Under the pieces are notes generated by a model, which made no database searches, was not told where the DNA came from, and was given only the letters and a program-made list of their open reading frames with translations. From the human T2T-CHM13v2.0 reference genome, Homo sapiens: DNA of 64,000 nucleotides. The DNA lies in NCBI RefSeq assembly GCF_009914755.1, contig NC_060932.1. One strand, written 5' to 3'. The translations under genes and the position numbers were made by a program. Positions 1-10,371 of the stretch are shown one piece after another (within the stretch, counting starts at the first letter, position 1; each line of letters opens with the position of its first letter).

Positions 1-466
1 AGCAGAGAGCAGACTCTGTGCGGTGACTCCGAAGCTCCCCGGCTGTGGCGCTTCTGTGGATGTGGGAGCCCAGGCCAGGCAGGGAGCAGATGCAGGGACT
101 CTGCCTCATTGAATTCTGGTGAGGGACGTTGTAGTTGGCGTGGTTCTCCCGAAACGCGCCAGGAAAAGCTTCCGTGCCAGAGATTCGTTGCCTCAGAAAC
201 TGCGTGACGCGCAGGAGTCAGACTTCCGCTGGGACGTCAATAGGAAACTGGGGAATTACTGTGTATTTGCTCTCTAGATGACTGAATAAGGGAAAAGTTA
301 GGGAACCCTGAGAGGTGCAGCCCTTCCGCTGTGCCCCGCCCTGAGAGCAGAGTTTCGGACGCTGGGAAGCGTGCTGTGTGAAGCGCTCTCGGGGTCTTTC
401 CTCAGCCTCGAAAACTGGGCTCTGGAATGCCTTTGTACATATGTGTGTTTAATTGGTTTTGAAGTG

Positions 467-472
467 AATAAA
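467..472 (+). terminator. AATAAA poly(A) signal of the upstream FAM90A copy (3'UTR at 1-~500)
   Basis: AATAAA followed by a GT-rich tract. The same position recurs ~540 nt after the FAM90A stop codon at 13923-13928 and 21543-21548. Confidence 0.75.
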
Positions 473-540
473 ATTCTCAAAAAGATGACATATTGTCTTT
501 TGACTCTCATTCCGTGTTTGTGTGTAACTGATTTTCCAAG

Positions 541-1572
541 TGAAGGGGTGGCCTGCCCCTCCACACCTGTGGGTGTTTCTAGTCGGGTGGGATGAGAGAT
601 GGAGAATAGAAATAAGACACAGAGACAAAGTATAGGGAGACAACAGTGGGTCCAGGGGACCGGCACTCAGCACACCTAGGACCTGCACCGGCACCGGCCT
701 CTGAGTTCCCTCAGTTTTTATTGATTATGATTATCATTATTACAGCACAAAGGAATGCAGTAGGGGAGCAGGGTGATAATAAGGGGAAGTTCAACAGCAA
801 CAACAAAAACAAACACGTGAGCAAAAGAATCCATATCATTATTAAGTTCAAGGGAAGGTACTATGCCTGGACGTGCACGTAGGCCAGATTTATGTTTCTC
901 TCCACACAAATATCTCAGCGGAGTAAAGAATAACAAGGCAGCATTACTGCCAACATGTCTCGCCTCCCGCCACAGGGCAGCTTTTCTCCGAGCTCAGAGT
1001 TGAACAAATGTACGATCGGGCTTTACACCGAGACATTCAGTTCCCAGGGGCAAGCAGGAGACAGTGGCCTTCCTCCATCTGAACTGCAAGAGGCTTTCCT
1101 CTTTGACTAATCCACCTCAGCACAGACCCATTGCGGGTGTCAGGCTGGGGGACAGTCAGGTCTTTCCCATCCCACGAGGCCATATTTCAGACTGTCACAT
1201 GGGGAGAAACCTTGGACAATACCCTGCTTTCAAGGGCAGAGGTCCCTGTGGCTTTCCACGGTGCATTGCGCCCCTGGTTTATTGAGACTAGGGAATGGCA
1301 ATGACTCCTACCAAGTATACTGCTCGTAAACATTTGGTTAACAAGGCGCGTCCTGCACAGCCCTAGATCCCTTAAACCTCGATTTTATACAACACAGGTT
1401 TTTGTGAGCTCCAAGTTGGGTCAAAGGAAGGGGCTGCGGCAAAGCTACAAATGATCAACATCTCAGTAAAGCAATTGTTTAAAGTACAGGTCTTTTTCAA
1501 AATGGAGTCTCTTATGTCTTCCCCTTCTACATAGACACAGTGACAGTCTGATCTCTCTTTCTTTACCCTACA
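541..1572 (-). mobile_element. Solo HERV-K (HML-2 group) LTR, LTR5A-like
   Basis: Minus strand begins TGTAGGGTAAAGAAAGAGAGATCAGACTGTCACTGTG and ends CACCCACAGGTGTGGAGGGGCAGGCCACCCCTTCA. 6-bp target-site duplication TCCAAG at 535-540 and 1573-1578. Length 1032 bp. Confidence 0.93.
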
Positions 1573-3320
1573 TCCAAGGGCTTGAACATTTCTTGATTTG
1601 TTGGCAATCCAAATCGTTACGTCTCCGAAACAGAGTTGACTGAGGGGACCGCAGGGCTGGGCAGGACCTTTGACTTCCTATACATCCACAGGAGCAAGAA
1701 AACCTCAGCCCCACTCTACCAACACGCACCTAGTAAAATTCCGCCAACCGAATCTCACGCACGCTAACACGTGGGGAGCGTTGCTTGCACCACGAGTCCC
1801 CATTTGGCTCAACCGCCGATGCCAAGTGTGTGGTTCCAGTTGCGACGGCCCCCCGTGAAGTGGCTTCCGGATGTGCGAAGGAACCAGGCAGAGTTTCACT
1901 GGCCAAATAGACCCCAGCAAAGCTGAAGTTAACTCCCACATTTGGGATGTACTTCAGAGGTAAAACATTCATCCCGTCTTCTTTCCGGATGTCTGACACC
2001 ATGGTTCTCCCCCTGATCCTAAGAGTAGCTGAGGCAGAGACTCACTAAAAGATCTAGGCGGGGATATCCCATCATGCACAGGCTCTCTCCATTCTCTGAC
2101 CTGGGACCAACTCTCAGCAGGATTCCATATCTAGGAGGCCTCGGAACTCAGCGGGATTTTCTGAGACACACCAACTGGCTGCTCCCTTTCCGCCGCTGTT
2201 GAGGGTCGTTATCTTGATTATCCAGATCAACTAGAAAGTATCCGTATCCAGAATGAATAAGATCAACTCTCTGCTCCTCTGACAGCAGAAGGAGCAGGAC
2301 CATAAGGAACCAAAGAGCGTGGAAGGAAACGATGTGACAGGAAAGCTCAGAGAACGGCCACAGGGGGTCTTCAGCAGGCCTTCCAACCTGAATCATGAAT
2401 AATTAATGAAGCGCAAATCAAAGGGGACTCGAGTTTCCGCAGGAGCAATTCATCCAACGGGAGATCGCCGGAGGGCCAACAAGATTGAGTGACTGGGAGC
2501 CGGGTGCAGTGTCAAAGGGGACGCGACTGGTTCCAAAGCTCGAGAAGACCATGGGGTCACTTGGGCTACATGAGAAAACGCCCCAGTGTGCTGGTTCATC
2601 ATTCCGACTCCTGCCTGTCTCTTCCCGTCCAAGGAACATGGACCCTAAGTCGTGCAGGTGCGGATGACCATGGGCAGAATTAGGGGCCGTGGCACAAAAG
2701 TTCACCGACACGGGAGTTCCACAGAAGGTGCGGTGGATCTTCGCAAATCCAGAGACATGGCAATGGGACCCAGGGAATTAGAGCCTCACAGGCGTCCGGG
2801 AGACTTTTCAGGCATAATGCCTGGAGTCGCAAGACGAGCTGAAAAAGGAGCCAGGCACTGAAGGACAAAGCGTTGTTGACTTTCCTCATCTGTGTTTCCC
2901 AGTGCGGTCCAATTCACGGTGGTTTCCAAGCGCCTCCTGGGGGAGAAAACACATGAGGGTGCGGTCAGGGTTCTCTGCTGACAGACTTACCTTGGGGAAG
3001 AAAGAGAAGCTCTGAAGATGGATCATGGCCGTGACTGCATGTCAAGGAGAGTCTCCTTGATGACACTGAGGCCTACGTCGAGAGAGACAAAATGTGGTCC
3101 AATTAAAAGGTGTCTATTTTACCACATTTTTTAAAACGAAACAAAACAAAACAACAAAAAAGATGGAAAAGAAGACAGGGGTACAGGCACCAGTGTTACA
3201 TGTCTGACGGGGAACATCTATTGTTCAAAGCTTGCAGCTGTACAAGTAGGTTTTAGAATGTCTGTCAGCAGTGGACAGGATCTTAGAGTGGGCTGTGCAG
3301 ATAGACCTTTCCAGGTCATG

Positions 3321-3410
3321 TAATTGGATTAAGTTAATTGCAATTAAGGTACAGGTAACTGATTAGGTTAGGGTACGTTCCATGTCAGGTGACCAGAGGC
3401 AGTATAAAAG
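3321..3410 (+). promoter_or_regulatory. Putative FAM90A promoter: homeodomain/DUX4-like motifs plus TATA box
   Basis: TAATTGGATTA at 3321-3331, palindrome TTAATTGCAATTAA at 3334-3347, TGATTAGGTTA at 3360-3370 (reverse complement TAACCTAATCA), TATAAAAG at 3403-3410. A candidate first-exon donor CAG|GTTAGT lies at 3545/3546. Confidence 0.65.
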
Positions 3411-4561
3411 GCAGCCTGGAAAGCAGAGGTCCCTCTCCGCCCCTTCCTCCGTCGTTCTGGATGCTGCATCGCTTCCAGCGGGGCTGCTGCAGCACCTGCC
3501 CATCTCAGCGCCAGCCTGGGAAAGAAAGTAGACGTGTAATTTCAGGTTAGTTTCGCTGAACAATTGTTTCTTTCACGCAATCCCTGAGGGGTTTTTGCGG
3601 GGGGTGTGGGGGAGGAAGAGACAAAGGAGGCCGAAAGAAACCGATCACACTGGGGCTTGCTGGTGGGGTAGGATGTGTTCTCGTTACTAGTAATTCTTGG
3701 AACAGAAAACGAGAAAACATATCCGTCTCCACGTGTGGGAGAAGACCAAGATGGGAATGCGAAAAGAAATGTACTGCAGCATGCTGAATTGGTGGGTAAA
3801 CGGCAAAAGGACTTTGGAAAAAAGGGTGGTTGGCCCTTGAGCCGTGTAAGACGTCGATACGATATGGCACTTCTTCCCCGTTTGTTCAGATGAATTCGTG
3901 TGGTATGCGTAAAATACCAGGAAAATAAATAAAGAGGGGCTGGAGCTAAAGCCAAAAGATAGAACAGGAAAGACCATCACCTGCTAGTGCGGTAGAGAGG
4001 AAGGTAACTTCTCTGTATGAATTTGTGTTTGGAAGTTGCCTAATGAAATGGCAAGAGTAGCGATTCAAGTTGTCACAGGAAGCATCCCTTATCCCTGACT
4101 TCAAGCAGACCTGCCAAAGGGTGGCACACGCCATGCCCTGTGTCTTCGATCATTCTGTCCGTCAAGGGAGATAGAATCACCGTGTCTTCTACCGGAGTGA
4201 ATCGTGAGAGACCTAAGTCCAGTCTCCAGAATCAGTTGTTTGTTTGGGGTTGAAAGCTCAACCCCCCATACCTAGGCCACGGGCCCTGTGGCAGGTGGGG
4301 TTTACTCTTGGACTAGGTAGTCATGGCAGAGGAACACACAATATCCGAGGATGCGCGCAGCACATTGTGTTCTACAGATTTGACCGACTGGTGGTGAGGT
4401 CTCCTCATGACCACACAGGCAGGGAGTTAGCAGGTGGCTTCCTGTGGGTGTGTGAATATCCAACGTGCTTAACCATCGACATGTGTGTGTTTGTGTGTGT
4501 TTCAGGTGGCCCAACAGTCCACCCCTGAAAAAGGCGGTCATAAAACCCCCAGGAGACGAAG

Positions 4562-7500
4562 ATGATGGCACGTCGGGACCCCAAATCTTGGGCCAAGAGA
4601 CTGGTGAGAGCCCAGACCCTCCAGAAGCAGCGGAGGGCCCCAGTTGGGCCAAGGGCTCCCCCGCCCGATGAAGAAGATCCCAGGGTAAGTCTAGCCCTGG
4701 ATCTCTTGGGTATCGGGGTGGGGGTGGGGACGGGGGGAGGGGGTGTCCCACGGTCCTCAGAGACTGGGTTGGATTCCAAAGAGTTCTGTCACCACCAGCC
4801 AGGTTGCTTTTCCCATCCAAGGTGGGCGTGGCTTGGGACCTTCTCCCCGACCCGATAGGTCCCTTGAGAGACTCTTGGGGGCAACCTCCCTTTCTACTTA
4901 GAGTCCTGTGTAGCCACGTTTGGCTGCGTTGTTGACATCGGCTTCACCATCGTGCCCCTTGGAACCTTGAGTCCTTCCTTTCAGAGTTCCTCCGTCACAC
5001 GGGCTTTGCGAGGGAACATCGTATCCGAACTCTCCCAGCACTTAACGGCCCCCATGCCGGTGTCCCCTCTTTGGAATCCTTATTCAGCTCTGAATTCACA
5101 ATCCGTCCCAATGTTGACGTGGGATCGCTGCCTGTGGCTTCAGCTCACTCACTGACATCACTTCCTTTCCACCCACAGCTCAAGTGCAAAAACTGCGGGG
5201 CCTTTGGCCACACGGCCAGAAGTACCAGGTGCCCCATGAAGTGCTGGAAGGCAGCCCTGGTTCCAGCGACCTTGGGGAAAAAGGAAGGGAAGGAAAACCT
5301 GAAACCATGGAAGCCCCGGGTTGAAGCCAACCCGGGGCCCTTGAACAAGGATAAGGGAGAGAAGGAAGAGAGACCAAGGTGAGCAGTGGGAGGGGTTTTC
5401 ACCACTCTTGGGGTACTGCCTCCTAAGGACATGGTGTCTCTGCACCTGCACACCGTGTGCCTTTCCGTCTCCGGGCCAGGGAAGGAACGCTGCAGAGAAA
5501 TAGGCCGGAGCTCCGTGTCCTCCGGGGTTCCACACCCAGGAGCTCCTTGGGCTCTGGGAGATTCAGGGACGGGGAGAGGCGGGGGCGCTTCGTGCAGGTT
5601 CCCCGCCACAGCGGGAAAAGCGATGGAATCCAAATCACAGTCCTTAGTTGGGGAGCCTAGAGGGCCACCTGGAGGATGGGAAGGTTGGCACGTGAGGGAA
5701 GGTGCAGAGGCGGAAAGGGCACCAGATGTCCATTTCTGTATCACAAGACACGGAATGGGGCTGGGCCCCAGACGGGGTTCTCCCTGTCTCCTGGGGAAAA
5801 CCAGGGGGCACGGCCTGACCTTTTTCTGTTCTGCAGGCAACAAGACCCGCAGAGGAAGGCTCTCCTCCACATGTTTTCCGGGAAACCTCCAGAGAAGCCG
5901 CTGCCGAATGGAAAAGGATCCACGGAACCTTCTGATTATCTGAGGGCGAGTGTCACCCCGGGCCCCTGGTCTTTTTCTCCTCTAGGTCACCCTGGTTGAT
6001 TTCCTTTCAGCTTCCCGTCTGCGGGAGGAAATCGGGGAACCCCTCTTTCTTGCCTTCTTGGGGTCAGGGACTCCACGATCCTTCCAGGTCAATTGGATTC
6101 CAGGCGAAGGCATCTGAACATGCCGTATTTCCTGTTGCTTTCTTTCTGTCCAATTATGGCAAGCCTGCCAACAACACGTTCCTAGCGGCATGAGGAAATT
6201 AGTCCCTCAGAGGCCCCAAACGTGGAGAAGGCGAAACCCAGGAACATGCATGTGTTCAGAGAAGACGTCCCGAGTACCCTTGAGCCAGCAACCTGCCTTG
6301 GGAAGGGCATTAGTCCGTTCCACTTCATGGAAGGCTGAGTGGAGGCGCTTTGATCCAGTTAATGCCCAAGACGCGATCTTTTGAACAATGGTGTGCTTAG
6401 ATCAGCTACACATAGCTCGAGAGCGCATCTTTCATGTGTCTTGTCCTGATCAGCACTCAGGTGGAGGGTCTGTCCCTACTTCCAAGGACCGCCTGTCGAT
6501 ACTGTACTAAGAATTTCATGGCGTGTGCACCTTGTCTTTGGATGTGCTTGATTTTCACGTTGGCTCCATGCTGAGGAACTTCTAACCTGTGTTGTTTCCT
6601 CTCTTTCAGGTTGCAAGCGGGCCAATGCCGGTCCACACAACCAGTAAGAGGCCGCGCGTGGACCCTGTCCTCGCTGATGGCTCAGCTACCGAAATGTCTG
6701 GCAGGGGCTCCGTCTTGGCTTCACTGTCTCCCCTCAGAAAAGCCAGCCTGAGCTCCTCCTCAAGTCTTGGACCAAAGGAAAGACAGACAGGGGCTGCGGC
6801 CGACATGCCTCAGCCTGCAGTCAGGCACCAGGGCCGCGAGCCTCTCCTCGTGGTGAAGCCGACACACAGCAGCCCTGAGGGTGGCTGCCGAGAAGTTCCC
6901 CAGGCTGCCTCCAAAACCCACGGCCTGCTCCAGGCCGCCAGACCCCAGGCACAAGACAAACGTCCTGCGGTGACCTCACAGCCCTGCCCGCCAGCCGCCA
7001 CACACAGCTTGGGCCTCGGCTCCAATCTCAGCTTCGGGCCAGGAGCCAAGAGACCTGCCCAGGCTCCGATTCAGGCTTGCCTGAACTTCCCCAAGAAACC
7101 GAGACTGGGTCCCTTCCAGATCCCCGAAAGCGCCATCCAGGGAGGTGAGCTGGGGGCCCCGGAGAATCTCCAACCTCCGCCAGCCGCAACCGAACTTGGA
7201 CCAAGTACGTCGCCCCAGATGGGCAGGAGGACACCGGCCCAGGTGCCCAGCGTCGAACGGCAGCCTCCGCACAGCAGACCTTGCCTGCCTACTGCCCAGG
7301 CCTGCACCATGTCCCATCACTCAGCGGCCAGCCATGATGGGGCCCAGCCTCTCAGAGTGCTCTTCCGGAGACTGGAAAACGGACGCTGGAGCTCCAGCCT
7401 CCTGGCGGCCCCCTCATTTCACTCTCCTGAGAAGCCGGGAGCCTTTCTCGCTCAGAGCCCTCATGTGTCAGAGAAGTCTGAGGCTCCCTGTGTTCGTGTC

Positions 7501-7572
7501 CCACCGAGCGTCCTCTATGAGGACCTTCAGGTTTCCTCCTCCTCAGAGGACAGCGATTCTGACCTGGAGTGA
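4562..7572 (+). CDS. FAM90A: FAM90A family protein, copy 1 (464 aa, N-terminal CCHC zinc knuckle)
   Basis: Coding exons 4562-4684, 5179-5378, 5837-5945 and 6610-7572 total 1395 nt with an open frame. Starts MMARRDPKSWAKRLVRAQ, contains CKNCGAFGHTARSTRC (C-x2-C-x4-H-x6-C), ends SSSSEDSDSDLE. Introns are GT-AG, GT-AG and GC-AG. The paralogue number cannot be assigned from sequence alone. Confidence 0.93.
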
Positions 7573-9130
7573 GACTGCACGTGGGGAGCGTTGCTTGCAC
7601 CACGAGTCCCCATTTGGCTCAACCGCCGATGCCAAGTGTGTGGTTCCAGTTGCGACGTCCCCCCGTGAAGTGGCTTCCGGATGTGCGAAGGAACCAGGCA
7701 GAGTTTCACTGGCCAAATAGACCCCAGCAAAGCTGAAGTTAACTCCCACATTTGGGATGTACTTCAGAGGTAAAACATTCATCCCGTCTTCTTTCCGGAT
7801 GTCTGACACCATGGTTCTCCCCCTGATCCTAAGAGTAGCTGAGGCAGAGACTCACTGAAAGATCTAGGCGGGGATATCCCATCATGCACAGGCTCTCTCC
7901 ATTCTCTGACCTGGGAACAACTCTCAGCATGATTCCACATCTTGGAGGCCTCGGAACTCAGCGGGATTTTCTGAGACACACCAACTGGCTGCTCCCTTTC
8001 CGCCGCTGTTGAGGGTCGTTATCTTGATTATCCAGATCAACTAGAAAGTATCCGTATCCAGAATGAATAAGATCAACTCTCTGCTCCTCTGACAGCAGAA
8101 GGAGCAGGACCGTAAGGAACCAAAGAGCGTGGAAGGAAACGATGTGACAGGAAAGCTCAGAGAACGGCCACAGGGGGTCGTCAGCAGGCCTTCCAACCTG
8201 AATCATGAATAATTAATGAAGCGCAAATCAAAGTGGACTCGAGTTTCAGCAGGAGCAATTCATCCAACGGGAGATCGCCGGAGGGCCAACAAGATTGAGT
8301 GACTGGGAGCCGGGTGCAGTGTCAAAGGGGACGCGACTGGTTCCAAAGCTCGAGAAGACCATGGGGTCACTTGGGCTACATGAGAAAACGCCCCAGTGTG
8401 CTGGTTCATCATTCCGACTCCTGCCTGTCTCTTCCCGTCCAAGGAACATGGACCCTAAGTCGTGCAGGTGCGGATGACCATGGGCAGAATTAGGGGCCGT
8501 GGCACAAAAGTTCACCGACACGGGAGTTCCACAGAAGGTGCGGTGGATCTTCGCAAATCCAGAGACATGGCAATGGGACCCAGGGAATTAGAGCCTCACA
8601 GGCGTCCGGGAGACTTTTCAGGCATAATGCCTGGAGTCGCAAGACGAGCTGAAAAAGGAGCCAGGCACTGAAGGACAAAGCGTTGTTGACTTTCCTCATC
8701 TGTGTTTCCCAGTGCGGTCCAATTCACGGTGGTTTCCAAGCGCCTCCTGGGGGAGAAAACACATGAGGGTGCGGTCAGGGTTCTCTGCTGACAGACTTAC
8801 CTTGGGGAAGAAAGAGAAGCTCTGAAGATGGATCATGGCCGTGACTGCATGTCAAGGAGAGTCTCCTTGATGACAGTGAGGCCTACGTCGAGATAGACAA
8901 AATGTGGTCCAATTAAAAGGTGTCTATTTTACCACATTTTTTAAAACAAAACAAAAGAAAACAACAAAAAAGATGGAAAAGAAGACAGGGGTACAGGCAC
9001 CAGTGTTACATGTCTGACGGGGAACATCTATTGTTCAAAGCTTGCAGCTGTACAAGTAGGTTTTAGAATGTCTGTCAGCAGTGGACATGATCTTAGAGTG
9101 GGCTGTGCAGATAGACCTTTCCAGGTCATG

Positions 9131-9220
9131 TAATTGGATTAAGTTAATTGCAATTAAGGTACAGGTAACTGATTAGGTTAGGGTACGTTCCATGTCAGGT
9201 GACCAGAGGCAGTATAAAAG
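9131..9220 (+). promoter_or_regulatory. Putative FAM90A promoter copy 2 (DUX4-like motifs plus TATA)
   Basis: Same motif block as 3321-3410 at offset 5810. Confidence 0.65.
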
Positions 9221-10371
9221 GCAGCCTGGAAAGTGGAGGTCCCTCTCTGCCCCTTCCTCCGTCGTCCTGGATGCTGCATCGCTTCCAGCCGGGCTGCTGC
9301 AGCACCTGCCCATCTCAGCGCCAGCCTGGGAAAGAAAGTAGACGTGTAATTTCAGGTTAGTTTCGCTGAACAATTGTTTGTTTCACGCAATCCCTGAGGG
9401 GTTTTTGCGGGGGGTGTGGGGGAGGAAGAGACAAAGGAGGCCGAAAGAAACCGATCACACTGGGGCTTGCTGGTGGGGTAGGATGTGTTCTCGTTACTAG
9501 TAATTCTTGGAACAGAAAACGAGAAAACATACCCGTCTCCACGTGTGGGATAAGACCAAGATGGGAATGCGAAAAGAAATGTACTGCAGCATGCTGAATT
9601 GGTGGGTAAATGGAAAAAGGACTTTGGAAAAAAGGGGGTTTTGCCCTTCAGCCGTGTAAGACGTCGATACGATACGGCACTTCTTCCCCGTTTGTTCAGA
9701 TGAATTCGTGTGGTGTGCGTAAAATACCAGGAAAATAAATAAAGAGGGGCTGGAGCTAAAGCCAAAAGATAGAACAAGAAAGACCATCACCTGCTAGTGC
9801 GGTAGAGAGGAAGGTAACTTCTCTGTATGAATTTGTGTTTGGAAGTTGCCTAATGAAACGGCAAGAGTGGCGATTCAAGTTGTCACAGGAAGCTTTCCTT
9901 ATCCCTGACTTCAAGCAGACCTGCCAAAGGGTGGCACACGCCATGCCCTGTGTCTTCGATCATTCTGTCCGTCAAGGGAGATAGAATCACCGTGTCTTCT
10001 ACCGGAGTGAATCGTGAGAGACCTAAGTCCAGTCTCCAGAATCAGTTGTTTGTTTGGGGTTGAAAGCTCAACCCCCCATACCTAGGCCACGGGCCCTGTG
10101 GCAGGTGGGGTTTACTCTTGGACTAGGTAGTCATGGCAGAGGAACACACAATATCCGAGGATGCGCGCAGCACATTGTGTTCTACAGATTTGACCGACTG
10201 GTGGTGAGGTCTCCTCATGACCACACAGGCAGGGAGTTAGCAGGTGGCTTCCTGTGGGTGTGTGAATATCCAACGTGCTTAACCATCGACATGTGTGTGT
10301 TTGTGTGTGTTTCAGGTGGCCCAACAGTCCACCCCTGAAAAAGGCGGTCATAAAACCCCCAGGAGACGAAG

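Noticed and set aside
1730-2002. 90-aa minus-strand ORF MVSDIRKEDGMNVLPLKY (119 aa in the terminal unit)
   Set aside because: No family recognised. The frame differs between copies because of a 10-nt indel, and the upstream spliced frame from the ATG at 3026 stops early. I treat it as probable non-coding antisense sequence.
5145-5943. 241-aa minus-strand and 185-aa plus-strand ORFs, recurring in each unit
   Set aside because: These are GC-rich shadow frames over FAM90A exons and introns. Their recurrence reflects unit identity, not selection.
6589-6609. Stand-alone 327-aa ORF start (also 12399 and 20021)
   Set aside because: The start is a non-ATG codon inside the polypyrimidine tract. The ORF is simply the last FAM90A exon.
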